DNA of 64,000 bases from a virus. Lineage: Duplodnaviria > Caudoviricetes. Both the position numbers and the translations under genes were made by a program. The DNA lies in IMG/VR virus record IMGVR_UViG_2595698333_000001, positions 1 to 64,000 of that record. One strand, given 5' to 3'. Below, piece after piece: positions 15,236-24,825 of the stretch. The notes below the pieces were generated by a model. It did not search any database, had not been told where the DNA came from, and saw nothing but the letters and a program-made list of their open reading frames with translations. How positions within the stretch are numbered: the first letter of the stretch is position 1; every line of letters begins with the position of its first letter.

Positions 15236-16465
15236 ATGACGGACTACGACCTTACCGACCGGCAGAAAGAACTCGTATCGTACCTCTCGAAAGGCGGCGC
15301 GGACACAGGCGACCTCGCTTCTCGCATGAACCTCACCAAATCGGGAGTCAAATCCCTGATTGGGAGGACGCGAGATAGCGGTGTCAGTATCCGCTACGAC
15401 CGCGAGGCAGGTGTCTATCACCTGGTCGATGAACCCGAAGCACGCCGCCTCTCGACGAAGGCGAAAGGCACCATCACTCGGGACGCGAACGAGTTCCGAA
15501 CCGAACAGGAGGACGCTGTTCTTCGTCGCCTGAAACGAAAGGACCCGCTCGTTGCTAAGCAGGACCCAGCGAAGGGGAACGAGGACATGGTCGTGGCGAT
15601 GGGAGACGTTCATATCGGGGACGTGGTCGAGGACGAACGAGGACGCGAGGTCTATAATCCCAAAATCGCTGCGGCGTCGGTGCAGCACGTCACGCAGAAA
15701 GTCCTCAACCTCAAGAAATTCCAGGAGCAGCTCGTTGACTTCGACTCGTGCCACCTGCTCTGGATTGGGGACATGCTGACGGGCGAGGGCATCTACGACG
15801 GGCAGGCGTATCATACGAAGCTGCAACTCGCTGACCAACTCTCACTCACTGTCGAAGTCCTACTCCAGCAGGCGGAATCGCTCGCGCAAGAATTCGACAC
15901 GCTCCACATTTCTGCGGTACCCGGCAATCACGGTAGAATCCGCTCGTCGTACACGAGTGGGCAGGCGAATATGGACCTCGTCGCGTATCGTTGGGTCACC
16001 GACCGTCTCATCGACCGAGGATACGACAACATCCAGTTCAACGTCGGCGAGGCGAAACACTACAGGAATCACCCCATGCGAGGTGGGAAGTGGAACCTGC
16101 ACGTTCGGCACGGGCATGACGAGCAGATTCACGTTGACGCGACGGCTCGTTCTCAGGCAGACGCTCGCGGGATGGTGCACAAGCATCAACTGGATGGCAT
16201 CGTTCGAGGTCACTACCACACTCATCGAGAGGAAGATATCCTCAATCAGTACCCAGCAATCACACTCCCGTCCGGGAAACCAGGGGATGAGTTTGCGGAG
16301 CGTATCGGTCGACCCGACTGTTCTGACAAGCGGAAACTCGCCGTCACCTGGAGAACGTCAGACAAACGATTCAAGACGGGGAGCTACGTCATAGACGACC
16401 TCGACCTCGACATGGAGACGGTGGACGTGCCGAGCATCGAGGACATCCGCGCACGAGCAATCTGA
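15236..16465 (+). CDS. HTH plus metallophosphoesterase (calcineurin-like)
   Basis: GDVHIG, IGDM, PGNHG, RHGH, GHYH motifs; N-terminal HTH. Confidence 0.85.
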   Translation: MTDYDLTDRQKELVSYLSKGGADTGDLASRMNLTKSGVKSLIGRTRDSGVSIRYDREAGVYHLVDEPEARRLSTKAKGTITRDANEFRTEQEDAVLRRLKRKDPLVAKQDPAKGNEDMVVAMGDVHIGDVVEDERGREVYNPKIAAASVQHVTQKVLNLKKFQEQLVDFDSCHLLWIGDMLTGEGIYDGQAYHTKLQLADQLSLTVEVLLQQAESLAQEFDTLHISAVPGNHGRIRSSYTSGQANMDLVAYRWVTDRLIDRGYDNIQFNVGEAKHYRNHPMRGGKWNLHVRHGHDEQIHVDATARSQADARGMVHKHQLDGIVRGHYHTHREEDILNQYPAITLPSGKPGDEFAERIGRPDCSDKRKLAVTWRTSDKRFKTGSYVIDDLDLDMETVDVPSIEDIRARAI

Positions 16466-16524
16466 GGAAAGGTTTACTGTCAGCATCGTCGTCTCCGCGC
16501 GTGCTTCGTTGCTCTCTGCGTTCT

Positions 16525-16908
16525 TCAGTGACCGCCCAGGATATTGGTGGTCTCGTGTTCTATCGCTATCTCGTAAGCACGCTTGCGCTCAGCGTCCTTT
16601 CTCTGATTGACCCCACCTTCGACAGGCACGAGGTCGTACAGGCCAACAACGTCAAAGCGGTCATCCTCGTTCAGGTAGATTCGTTCGAGAAAACTGTCAC
16701 CGTCTTTCTGAACCGATACAGTCATCTCAGACGCACAGTTCGAGTGAACGCGAAGACGCTTCTCCAACTGCGTTGTCTCACCGACGTAGAACCAGGTAGT
16801 GTCGTCGGTACTTCGCTTTAGAACGAGGACGTAGACGTACCCGCTGGTTGAGAAATCGTAGGAATCATGTTCCCAATACTTCTGCGGGTCGAGGGTATCG
16901 AGGTTCAT
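16525..16908 (-). CDS. GIY-YIG endonuclease
   Basis: GYVYVL...FYVGET..LEKRLRVH. Confidence 0.8.
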   Translation of the reverse strand: MNLDTLDPQKYWEHDSYDFSTSGYVYVLVLKRSTDDTTWFYVGETTQLEKRLRVHSNCASEMTVSVQKDGDSFLERIYLNEDDRFDVVGLYDLVPVEGGVNQRKDAERKRAYEIAIEHETTNILGGH

Positions 16909-16909
16909 G

Positions 16910-17491
16910 CTACAGGTCGTCTGTATCGAGGATGAGTTCCACCACGTCAGCGACCGAGTCAACGCGGTACACGTTCGACCGTTCCTCAACGTCCTGATTC
17001 CATGGTCGGTCGATGAGGAACTGCACCTGCTCGTCCGAGATGTTGTCAGCGAGGTGCGGCTTGTCGTCTATGAAGTAGTGATAGTCGAGGTCTGCCTTCG
17101 TCTCCTGCGGTGGGATACTGCGGAACTGCGACGTGAACCGGATGATGTCTTTCGCGTTGAGCCAGAACCTCATCTCATGCTCGACACCGACACGCGCAGT
17201 CACTATCTCGACGATGTAGTCGACCGCGAGCTCCTCGACAGCATCCTGGAGTTCGTCCTCCGGGTCGCACGTTGGAATCGTCATCCACTCGTCTTCCCAG
17301 GCGTGGTGGACGATGGACATGAACTCCCCGAAGTCACGTTCCTCCTGCGAAACCCAGTCCCAGTCATCGACCTCGTGATACTCGTACCGTCGTCCGTACC
17401 GCTCGTTGAGCTCCTCGATGTAGACCTGGTGCGTGTCAGCGAGAACGCTCTCGAGGTCGAGCGATACGCGGGGAGGATGTACGTCTGTCAT
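16910..17491 (-). CDS. HAD-family 5'(3')-deoxyribonucleotidase (NT5C-like)
   Basis: DLESVLAD, IVTAR, FIDDKP, RPWN. Confidence 0.85.
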   Translation of the reverse strand: MTDVHPPRVSLDLESVLADTHQVYIEELNERYGRRYEYHEVDDWDWVSQEERDFGEFMSIVHHAWEDEWMTIPTCDPEDELQDAVEELAVDYIVEIVTARVGVEHEMRFWLNAKDIIRFTSQFRSIPPQETKADLDYHYFIDDKPHLADNISDEQVQFLIDRPWNQDVEERSNVYRVDSVADVVELILDTDDL

Positions 17492-18213
17492 GGTGCCAGT
17501 CGATTCTTCCGATGAACCATCTCTTCAACTAACGTTTCTCGTTCTTCGTATTGCATTTTGATGTCTGCTGGCATTTCTTGGTCACCTACGACGATGTAGG
17601 TGGTGTCCGGGTGCTGTTCGATAAATCTTTGCGCTTTTTCGATTGAATGCTCATCCGCGTATCCTTTCACTTCGATTATTGTATCACCAACTCGGAAGTC
17701 GGGGTAGTAGTTGATTCCATCCAGGTCGTACAATTCAGGCTCATACTCGTACTCGATTCCAGCACGAACGAGGAGCAAAGCGACCTCCTTCTCCCAACTC
17801 GAACGGACGATATGGTCAAGTTCGTCATGGTGGATGATGTTAGGACCTCGAGGTTCATGTCCTTCTGCTGCTTCGGACATTTTCTCGATGGATTCTTCAG
17901 TATGCTCTCGTCCGTACCACGGGTGGTCCTCGGAGGCTACATCCTTCCACGGAGCATTTTCACTGCACGCCTCACTCCGCTTTTGTTTCTCTTCGTCGCT
18001 CATTGCTCCACGGTTAGTGAATTCTTCACTTTCTGTGTACGACTCTCTATTCTCATCCCACGCACGTTTGTTTCCCTCACTGACCTTCTTGCGGTGAGAT
18101 TCGGGGAGCGACGCTTCGATGTCCAGCGTCTCTCCGTGCTTGAGTTTATGATGGATTTTGAGTCCTCGTTTGGTATCGGATTCGTCCTCACACCCCGGAT
18201 ACGGGCATTTCAT
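17488..18213 (-). CDS. Homing-type endonuclease: C2H2 finger, NUMOD3-like repeat and PD-(D/E)xK domain
   Basis: CPYPGC..H..H; GREHTEESIEKMS; RSSWE..YYPDF..IIEVKG; lower GC. Confidence 0.85.
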   Translation of the reverse strand: MKCPYPGCEDESDTKRGLKIHHKLKHGETLDIEASLPESHRKKVSEGNKRAWDENRESYTESEEFTNRGAMSDEEKQKRSEACSENAPWKDVASEDHPWYGREHTEESIEKMSEAAEGHEPRGPNIIHHDELDHIVRSSWEKEVALLLVRAGIEYEYEPELYDLDGINYYPDFRVGDTIIEVKGYADEHSIEKAQRFIEQHPDTTYIVVGDQEMPADIKMQYEERETLVEEMVHRKNRLAP

Positions 18214-18251
18214 CGATTCTACTTAGGATGCCTTTGGCCTTAAAGTCCTGG

Positions 18252-19019
18252 TCAGGGTGCTAATCTGTTTTTGCGGTGTATCATTTCTTCACGGTAAAAT
18301 CCAAAAGTCAGCGGCATCCACTCCTCCGCGAGGTCGAGCACCTCGCCGGTCAGTTCTCGAATCTCCCACTGCGCGTCTGCCTGCGCCCTCATGTCTGCTA
18401 TGTGCATGAGAGTCCTCGCGTTGAGGGTCATGTAGATGTTGACCTTCGACCCGATGGGCAAAACGAAGCGCGCGTCCTCGGGAGGCCATCCGAGGGCGAC
18501 GAGGTTCCTGTACGCCTGCACCGAGTCGTTGATGGCCTTCACGAACGTCGCCTGTGCTTCCTCGAACTGCTGTCCCACGGGGACGCCCGTGCGCTCCTGC
18601 ACCTCCTCAGGCGTCGGAGTGTCCGGGTTTCGACCGACGTGTTCTCGGTCGGTGCAGGACTTCGGTTCGACGACCAGTTCCTCCGCGTCCGTGTCCGTGA
18701 AGTCCACGTATCTCTGACTCTGGATGTCGAACGTGATTCCCGTTCGGTGGCGCGTCAGTTGCGCCATGAGCGAACGCGAGACACCCTCGATGGCGAAGGT
18801 AATCTGCGGATGCTCGAACGGGCCGAAGTGACCCTTCTTCATCAGGCGCTTGAGGAACGCTTCGAGCTGCTGTTCCCAGTTACCTTCGTCCTCGCGGATG
18901 GACGCTATCAGTTCGTCGTTCGTCTTGTCGGCCACCCAGGATTCCATGTAGTCGTTCTTCGCCGCTCGTGCGACATGGAATTCCGGCTGGTCAGTTGAGC
19001 GTTCTACCTCGACTCGCAT
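18252..19019 (-). CDS. thyX: Flavin-dependent thymidylate synthase
   Basis: GHFGPFEH, QLTRHR..FDIQSQRYV, EDARFVLP, AQWEIR. Confidence 0.95.
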   Translation of the reverse strand: MRVEVERSTDQPEFHVARAAKNDYMESWVADKTNDELIASIREDEGNWEQQLEAFLKRLMKKGHFGPFEHPQITFAIEGVSRSLMAQLTRHRTGITFDIQSQRYVDFTDTDAEELVVEPKSCTDREHVGRNPDTPTPEEVQERTGVPVGQQFEEAQATFVKAINDSVQAYRNLVALGWPPEDARFVLPIGSKVNIYMTLNARTLMHIADMRAQADAQWEIRELTGEVLDLAEEWMPLTFGFYREEMIHRKNRLAP

Positions 19020-19381
19020 ACACGTCTCTGTTCGAGTTTCCAAGTGGTATAGGTACGGAGATAGAGACGCGGGTGTTCTTGGGCGATAGATATTTGTCAC
19101 CTCCTCGCATAGCACGAGACGCACAGAGATACAACGAAGGCAGGCGGTAAAAGCCATCCTGCCCGTCCACAGCACCCGTTGGCGTTCGAGTCGTCATCCC
19201 TCCCACTCGTCCTCACGGGGGCGCAAAAACGTCGCCGTGGTGGACGAGACCCACGTTCCTAGAGAACAAAGAGACACGCGGAGACAGCGGTTCGTTTCTC
19301 GTCCGATACATCGTAGGCGTTCGGCCCAGAGGTCGAGACAGTCCGGAAGCTCTTGCGCGAGAGAAGGAGCTGAGGGCGACC

Positions 19382-20122
19382 CTATCGTCGAGACGCGCGG
19401 TTCGAGGTCGGGTCGCGTGGAATGTCGTCCTTGACCTGCGAATAGCGAGATATGTACGAGTGAACCGTAGATTCGGAGAATCCCGTCGCTTCTGCCAAGA
19501 TATGGTGGTCTGTACCCCATTCTCGGGCGATATGCCAGGTGGTTGCGAGGGTTTTCCTCCCCTCCCTCTTACGGTTTTCGTAGGAGAAGTCGTCCTCCTC
19601 CCACACCATGTCCCGGACAGTTTGCGGTTTCAACCCGAGACGACGGGATGCTCGCTCGATATCCAGGCAGTAGTACGCGGCATCGTTGAGCCAATCGAGG
19701 CGTTTGTCCCGTAATTCCGACCTGACCTGCCGATTGACCGACGGTGAGCAGTGTTTCTGGTGGGAATTCTTGTGCTGCGTGCCTCCGAACGACGCTCCAC
19801 AGTTGGGACACGTCACAGCGATGTCCGAATAGGACCTGGCATCGGGGTTCGTCGGGTTCACCCACCAGTTCTTGCCCGACATAGGCGAACGCCACGCGCC
19901 GAGCATGTTCATAATCTCCTCAGACACACCGTAGACCTCGCGTTCGTCGTCCACAACGTCCTTCAACTTGAACGTGAGGATGAGCTTGTCCTGTCCGTTC
20001 TCCTCCCAACCCTCGAACGACGAACGAATCTTCGCCATCAGCTCGAACGGGTCATAGACGCGACTACGATACGGGAGAAGGAAGTTGTGGACATCCTCGC
20101 GCCCGAGCTGACGGTCACTCAT
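19382..20122 (-). CDS. Zn-finger/HTH protein
   Basis: CPNCG..H...H; two HTH-like segments. Confidence 0.65.
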   Translation of the reverse strand: MSDRQLGREDVHNFLLPYRSRVYDPFELMAKIRSSFEGWEENGQDKLILTFKLKDVVDDEREVYGVSEEIMNMLGAWRSPMSGKNWWVNPTNPDARSYSDIAVTCPNCGASFGGTQHKNSHQKHCSPSVNRQVRSELRDKRLDWLNDAAYYCLDIERASRRLGLKPQTVRDMVWEEDDFSYENRKREGRKTLATTWHIAREWGTDHHILAEATGFSESTVHSYISRYSQVKDDIPRDPTSNRASRR

Positions 20123-20124
20123 GG

Positions 20125-20697
20125 TTACTCCTCGTCGTACTCGTCGAGGTTTTTCTCGTTGATACCGTCCAGCCGGCGTTTGAACTCTGCCTTCTTCGAG
20201 CGTGCGTGCTTCACTGCGTCACCGGAGAAGTCGTAGTCACCGTCCGTGCCGAGGGGATACCCGAACGTCTCCATGTCCTCGTAGGTGACCTTCGACCCGT
20301 CCTCCTCAGCGAAGTACGCGAACAGCTCGATGGGGAACAGGAACGCGCGGTCCTCCTCCCAACCCATGCGAGATTCTGGGTCGCCACGCGCTTCGAGCGC
20401 GACGAACATATCTCGACCCGACACCTCACCGTACTCCATCTGCCGCTCGATTTGGTCGGGGTCGTAGTTCCCGTTGAAGTAGAAGCGATACTTCGAGTTG
20501 ATGGTCTTGCACTCGATGCCGATGTAGTACGCCTCCTCGGGTGAGTCAACGAGCAGGTCGCCTGTGACCTGGTCGGCCTGGAAACCGTGTCCTGCTCGCG
20601 CACTGAACGACTGTCGCCGTAGGAGGACAACACCGGCATCGCCAACCGCGTCCTCGAGCGAGTGCCATATCTTATCTTCAAAGTCCTTACCAGCCAT
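20125..20697 (-). CDS. Holliday junction resolvase-like PD-(D/E)xK nuclease
   Basis: GKDFE...GDLLV...GIECKT. Confidence 0.75.
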   Translation of the reverse strand: MAGKDFEDKIWHSLEDAVGDAGVVLLRRQSFSARAGHGFQADQVTGDLLVDSPEEAYYIGIECKTINSKYRFYFNGNYDPDQIERQMEYGEVSGRDMFVALEARGDPESRMGWEEDRAFLFPIELFAYFAEEDGSKVTYEDMETFGYPLGTDGDYDFSGDAVKHARSKKAEFKRRLDGINEKNLDEYDEE

Positions 20698-20698
20698 G

Positions 20699-21184
20699 TC
20701 AGTTCACCTCCTCTGCTGCCTCGACGTGCTCCCACGTCGCACCGCGCGAGATTTCTCCGATTGCTTCACGACTCACTCCGTACTCGTCCGCTATCTCCTT
20801 TTGAATCATGTCGGTGTTTTCGAGTTTCCACTTGATGACTGCTACGTCGTCGTTCGACAGCGAGGAGCGTGGATGGTCCTCGCCTACAGGGTATTCGTAA
20901 TCTCTTCTCTCCTGCCAATCGTCCATGTTATCCTGCTGAGTCCCGATGTAGAGGTGGTCAGGATTGACGCAGGCAGGATTATCACAGTGATGGAGAACGT
21001 ACTGACTGCCCGGGCTGTTACCGCGGAGCATCAGGACGACGCGGTGTGCCAGTTCGACACGCCCTTCGTACCCGAACTGACCATACCCGTCGTCGTTCCT
21101 GTGATACTGCCATTCCCAGCAGTCGTCCTCATCACCGCGGTCAACCTTATCCCAGAACCGTCTCGCTGCTGATTGACCGTCCAT
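20699..21184 (-). CDS. HNH homing endonuclease
   Basis: VLHHCDNPACVNPDHL; paralog of the 14659 ORF. Confidence 0.9.
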   Translation of the reverse strand: MDGQSAARRFWDKVDRGDEDDCWEWQYHRNDDGYGQFGYEGRVELAHRVVLMLRGNSPGSQYVLHHCDNPACVNPDHLYIGTQQDNMDDWQERRDYEYPVGEDHPRSSLSNDDVAVIKWKLENTDMIQKEIADEYGVSREAIGEISRGATWEHVEAAEEVN

Positions 21185-21186
21185 CG

Positions 21187-21453
21187 TCAGATGTCCTCCT
21201 CCTTGTGAACCGTGTAACGTTCGCTGTCGGTGACCTCGATGAGCTGAATCTTCTTCTGGAACGGCGTGACGACGATACGCTCAGCGAGAGCGTTGTTGAC
21301 CTCCTCGCCACCTGCCTGCCCCATCCCGTGACGAACCATCACGCGGAAGTCACCGTCGCACCAGATGAGCGTCTGAACCGTGTACTCGCCTTCTGGATAT
21401 CGCTTCTCCGCCTCACGTCGCGCCAGTCGAAGCGCGTCTTGGTAGTCTCTCAT
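21187..21453 (-). CDS. Hypothetical protein
   Basis: Coupled ORF. Confidence 0.6.
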   Translation of the reverse strand: MRDYQDALRLARREAEKRYPEGEYTVQTLIWCDGDFRVMVRHGMGQAGGEEVNNALAERIVVTPFQKKIQLIEVTDSERYTVHKEEDI

Positions 21454-21764
21454 CAGTATTCCTTCCCGTGTTTGTACTCGCGTTCCTCGTTGATTTCCAT
21501 CTTCCGCTCGACCTCTGCCTCCAAGTCGATTCCTTCCGTTCCGGCGTGGTCGAGGACACGGATGACGATGTCCGCGAGTTCCTCCGCGTAGAGTTCATCG
21601 TCACCCTCACGGTCGGCTTCGAGTGCCTCGGACACTTCCGAGTGGATGAGTGCGAGGATTTTGGCACGACTGCGCTCGTCCTCGCCCACCTCGTCGCCTT
21701 CGTGGAAACCGCTGTCTTCTGCTATCGCCCATGCGAGTGATTGGAGTTCGTGTAGGTGTGTCAT
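21453..21764 (-). CDS. MazG-like nucleotide pyrophosphohydrolase
   Basis: LIHSEVSEALEA...EELADIVIRVLD...KMEINEER. Confidence 0.9.
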   Translation of the reverse strand: MTHLHELQSLAWAIAEDSGFHEGDEVGEDERSRAKILALIHSEVSEALEADREGDDELYAEELADIVIRVLDHAGTEGIDLEAEVERKMEINEEREYKHGKEY

Positions 21765-22081
21765 TTCTTGTACTTGGCGTCGATGAGACTGGTGATTTGA
21801 TTGCTGTGCCGCGAGACAAACCCGTGGTCGTACTCCTGCTCGAACAGGATGTCCGCCGTCGCCTCATCGCCGAGGGTCATACGCATGGTCAGGAGTGAAG
21901 TGCTCTCGACTGCGAACTGACCGAGACGGAACGGGTTCACCGCCACCACCTCACGAGGAGGAGGATTGCCATGATTCCGAAGACGGTCGCTGCTGCGACC
22001 TCCCACGGAATTCGGTATGACGGTATCTCGTCGTCTGTCATTCTTCTCCTCCGTGGAGTTGACGGTGAATCGACTTCGCAC
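21761..22081 (-). CDS. Hypothetical protein (start uncertain)
   Basis: ORF filling the gap with coupled ends. Confidence 0.45.
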   Translation of the reverse strand: MRSRFTVNSTEEKNDRRRDTVIPNSVGGRSSDRLRNHGNPPPREVVAVNPFRLGQFAVESTSLLTMRMTLGDEATADILFEQEYDHGFVSRHSNQITSLIDAKYKK

Positions 22082-22724
22082 GTTTCTCTCCTATCCCGTC
22101 AATCTGCTGTAGGTCCTCCACGTCACTTTCAAGTGCGGAGGATAGTGACCTATACCTTTGCTCCAAGACGCGAGCGGTCTCTGGCCCCACACCGTCGAGT
22201 GCACCGAAAGCGCGACGAACGAAAGGAGCGTCCTTCTCTACGACAGACGCCTGTAGCGACGATGCTGACGGGTCCTCCTTGTGTTTCCTTGCGAGGCGTA
22301 TCGCCATGTCTACGAGCCCATCAGCGTCGGAGCAGAAACGTACACCGTCGAGATATCGCACGTCGGTCGAGGCGACGCTTCCGACGAGTGACGATGCCGA
22401 GATATTCGTGCCGGTCAGTGAACGAAAGTCCTCCTGATTCCCCTCGATGAGGATGTACGCGGGTCCGTCGAAGTCGACCAGTTTCTGAATCTGCTCGTCG
22501 AGACGGGTGCCCTCCTTGCCCATCAACGTGCCTGCGTAGTCGCTGGGCGTCTTCCGCTCGAACACCACGGTGAGGTCGCTGTCGTCGAAGGTGAGTTGCA
22601 GGTCGCCTTCGTCGAGCGCGGCGAGTTTCCAATCCTCAACGTCCGGGTGGTCGCTGAGGGCGGTTAGCATCTGCGGTGCGTCCTGCTCGTGTACGTCGAG
22701 TTTGACTGTGACTTTCTCTTTCAT
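22038..22724 (-). CDS. ERCC4/XPF-family nuclease with tandem HhH
   Basis: LDVHE, EGDL, FERKTPSD, GVGPETA, GIGEKRA. Confidence 0.9.
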   Translation of the reverse strand: MKEKVTVKLDVHEQDAPQMLTALSDHPDVEDWKLAALDEGDLQLTFDDSDLTVVFERKTPSDYAGTLMGKEGTRLDEQIQKLVDFDGPAYILIEGNQEDFRSLTGTNISASSLVGSVASTDVRYLDGVRFCSDADGLVDMAIRLARKHKEDPSASSLQASVVEKDAPFVRRAFGALDGVGPETARVLEQRYRSLSSALESDVEDLQQIDGIGEKRAKSIHRQLHGGEE

Positions 22725-22858
22725 TCTGACCACCTGAGCATGAGGTGGAGTGCGATATTCGTAAGCGCTTCTGCCAGGCAGAAGATGATGCGCATGAACG
22801 CGAAGAACATGAGCGTCCCGAGGACGATGGCGAGTAGGAGGACAGGTTCAGATACCAT
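22721..22858 (-). CDS. Small membrane protein (45 aa)
   Basis: Hand translation MVSEPVLLLAIVLGTLMFF...; ATGA overlap. Confidence 0.55.
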   Translation of the reverse strand: MVSEPVLLLAIVLGTLMFFAFMRIIFCLAEALTNIALHLMLRWSE

Positions 22859-23000
22859 CGGATGTACTGAGTCCTCCTGCTTCCTCGCCTACGGTGTTCG
22901 TCGAGCAGTCGGGGCAGGCGTGTACGACTCCATCGTTGTCGCCCATGACGCGAGCGAACTCCGCGGAGACGTGACCGTCGCAACCCTGACACTCAGGCAT
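22848..23000 (-). CDS. Small haloarchaeal Zn-finger protein
   Basis: MPECQGCDGHVSAEFARVMGD...ACPDC. Confidence 0.75.
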   Translation of the reverse strand: MPECQGCDGHVSAEFARVMGDNDGVVHACPDCSTNTVGEEAGGLSTSDGI

Positions 23001-23253
23001 CGTCCTCCTCCCGAGTGCTCTCGGTGTCGAACTCTGCTGCCTGCCTGTCCTCAACGTTGCCCTCCAGCATGTTCTCGAAGTCGTGGTACACGCGGTCGGG
23101 CTCGTGACCGAGGTTCCGCAACTTACCCTCGTAGGCGACGAGACGCCGGTTGACGTGTCGCACGACCGCTTTCTTCTCGTACCACTGCCACAACGCCACC
23201 AACGCGAAGATGACGCAGAGCACCGCAAGCACGAGGGAGACGATACTATACAT
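22993..23253 (-). CDS. Single-TM protein
   Basis: N-terminal hydrophobic helix. Confidence 0.65.
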   Translation of the reverse strand: MYSIVSLVLAVLCVIFALVALWQWYEKKAVVRHVNRRLVAYEGKLRNLGHEPDRVYHDFENMLEGNVEDRQAAEFDTESTREEDDA

Positions 23254-23503
23254 CCTCGGGCACCTCGTCGGGCAACTTGTATCGTTTCCGTCGTCCCCCC
23301 TCCTGTTCGTCCTCGCAGAAGTACTGGAGTGCCTCGCGCACTCGAATCTCGTTGTGCTTACTCGACTCCACGTCCATCGTATTACAGACGTCCACGACAG
23401 TTGCCGTCTGGCGAAGGTCGCAGTGCTTCCGCAGGAAACGGTGCACGAGGACGCCTGCGCGGTCGTATGTGAGCTTGTCGTCCTCTTCGTAGAACTGACT
23501 CAT
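23246..23503 (-). CDS. Hypothetical protein (wHTH-like)
   Basis: Coupled ORF. Confidence 0.6.
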   Translation of the reverse strand: MSQFYEEDDKLTYDRAGVLVHRFLRKHCDLRQTATVVDVCNTMDVESSKHNEIRVREALQYFCEDEQEGGRRKRYKLPDEVPEDV

Positions 23504-23964
23504 GCGAGGTCCCTCCGTTCGAGGAGAATCTGCTCGTCCTCACCTTTCACGTATCGCACCTTGCTACTGCTCTTCGACTGAACGTGGATGCCCTCTGGCA
23601 CGGCCTCGTCGGTGTCGTCACGCGCGTCCATCAACTCCTCGTAGGAGTCGAACCGCTCCTGCACCACGGGGATGCCGCGCCGGTTGCCCGACTCGGTCAG
23701 GTCCTCCTTGAGCGTGACGAAAACCCACCAGAACTTCTCCTGGTCGAGCGACGCGAACAGCGACGTGGGCGTCTGCGCCCACTCCTCATCAGCGAGACCT
23801 TCGTCGTCCTCGACCTCCTCACCCATGGTGTCTACCTCGTCGTAGTCCTCCTTGACGCCGACTGGGTCGAGCGGGTCCTGTTCATCGTCCTGGGTGGTGT
23901 CGTTCTGTTCGTCCTCTACCTCGTCCACTATCGTCGGTTTGCTTGAGAATGGGTTCTCACTCAT
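23500..23964 (-). CDS. Acidic hypothetical protein (N-terminal NPF)
   Basis: Start MSENPFSS. Confidence 0.65.
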   Translation of the reverse strand: MSENPFSSKPTIVDEVEDEQNDTTQDDEQDPLDPVGVKEDYDEVDTMGEEVEDDEGLADEEWAQTPTSLFASLDQEKFWWVFVTLKEDLTESGNRRGIPVVQERFDSYEELMDARDDTDEAVPEGIHVQSKSSSKVRYVKGEDEQILLERRDLA

Positions 23965-24346
23965 GTATTTTCTCCTCCAGCATGGCGTCGTCCATGATAT
24001 GAACTTCCGCCTCGATAACGCGCTTCTCGGTGTTGTTCTCGACAACTGTGCCGGTCGACTCGAAGTCCTCTGCCCACCTGTCGAGATACAGCGACCAGTC
24101 GTTCAGTTTCCGCTCGTACATCCGACCTACCCGCCATCGCTTGTACGGGATACGCACGAGGATGCTGTCGTTATCGCTCTCCAGGAGCGCGTGGAAGTGC
24201 GTTCCTGCTGACTGCGCCTCGTACTCCATGCGGTAGCAATCCTGCGTCAAGTGACGCTCTCGGATTTGCATGGGGATGTTAAGGTAGTTCGACGGTGGGA
24301 GGTGAACTTCGGTCGTGTATTCGTCAGCGTCCTCCTGCCCGAACAT
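23957..24346 (-). CDS. Hypothetical protein
   Basis: Coupled ORF. Confidence 0.6.
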   Translation of the reverse strand: MFGQEDADEYTTEVHLPPSNYLNIPMQIRERHLTQDCYRMEYEAQSAGTHFHALLESDNDSILVRIPYKRWRVGRMYERKLNDWSLYLDRWAEDFESTGTVVENNTEKRVIEAEVHIMDDAMLEEKIHE

Positions 24347-24825
24347 TACGCCTCACCCGGTTTCTCGGGTTCGACGTCTGTCCAGTTACGACCTGACGAG
24401 ATATGTCCTACTGCACCTGTTGTCACGCCGTACCCTTCTGCTATTTCACTGAGTGTCTCATCAGTATTCTCGATTTTCCACTTTATTTCTTGCACCTCTG
24501 TTTTGTGAAGACGGGCATTACCATGCTCCTCGCCTGTCGCCGTTCGACCACGTTCATCCCGGTCCTTGATGTTGTCTTCTTGCGTTCCGAGATAGAGGTG
24601 GTTCGGGTTGACGCAGGAGCGATTATCACACTTATGAAGCACATTTGAACCGTCTGGGTCCTCGACCTCGAGACGATACGCTACACGGTGTGCTCCTTCT
24701 GCTGATGACCGTTCGGTCCTGATACGCCCGTACCCGTACTCGTCTTCTGCTCCCTTCCACTCCCAGCACTCATCTTCCTCACCCATATCAACCTTGGAAC
24801 GGAAACGGTAGAGGAAGTCCATCAT
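24346..24825 (-). CDS. HNH homing endonuclease
   Basis: VLHKCDNRSCVNPNHL; third paralog. Confidence 0.9.
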   Translation of the reverse strand: MMDFLYRFRSKVDMGEEDECWEWKGAEDEYGYGRIRTERSSAEGAHRVAYRLEVEDPDGSNVLHKCDNRSCVNPNHLYLGTQEDNIKDRDERGRTATGEEHGNARLHKTEVQEIKWKIENTDETLSEIAEGYGVTTGAVGHISSGRNWTDVEPEKPGEA

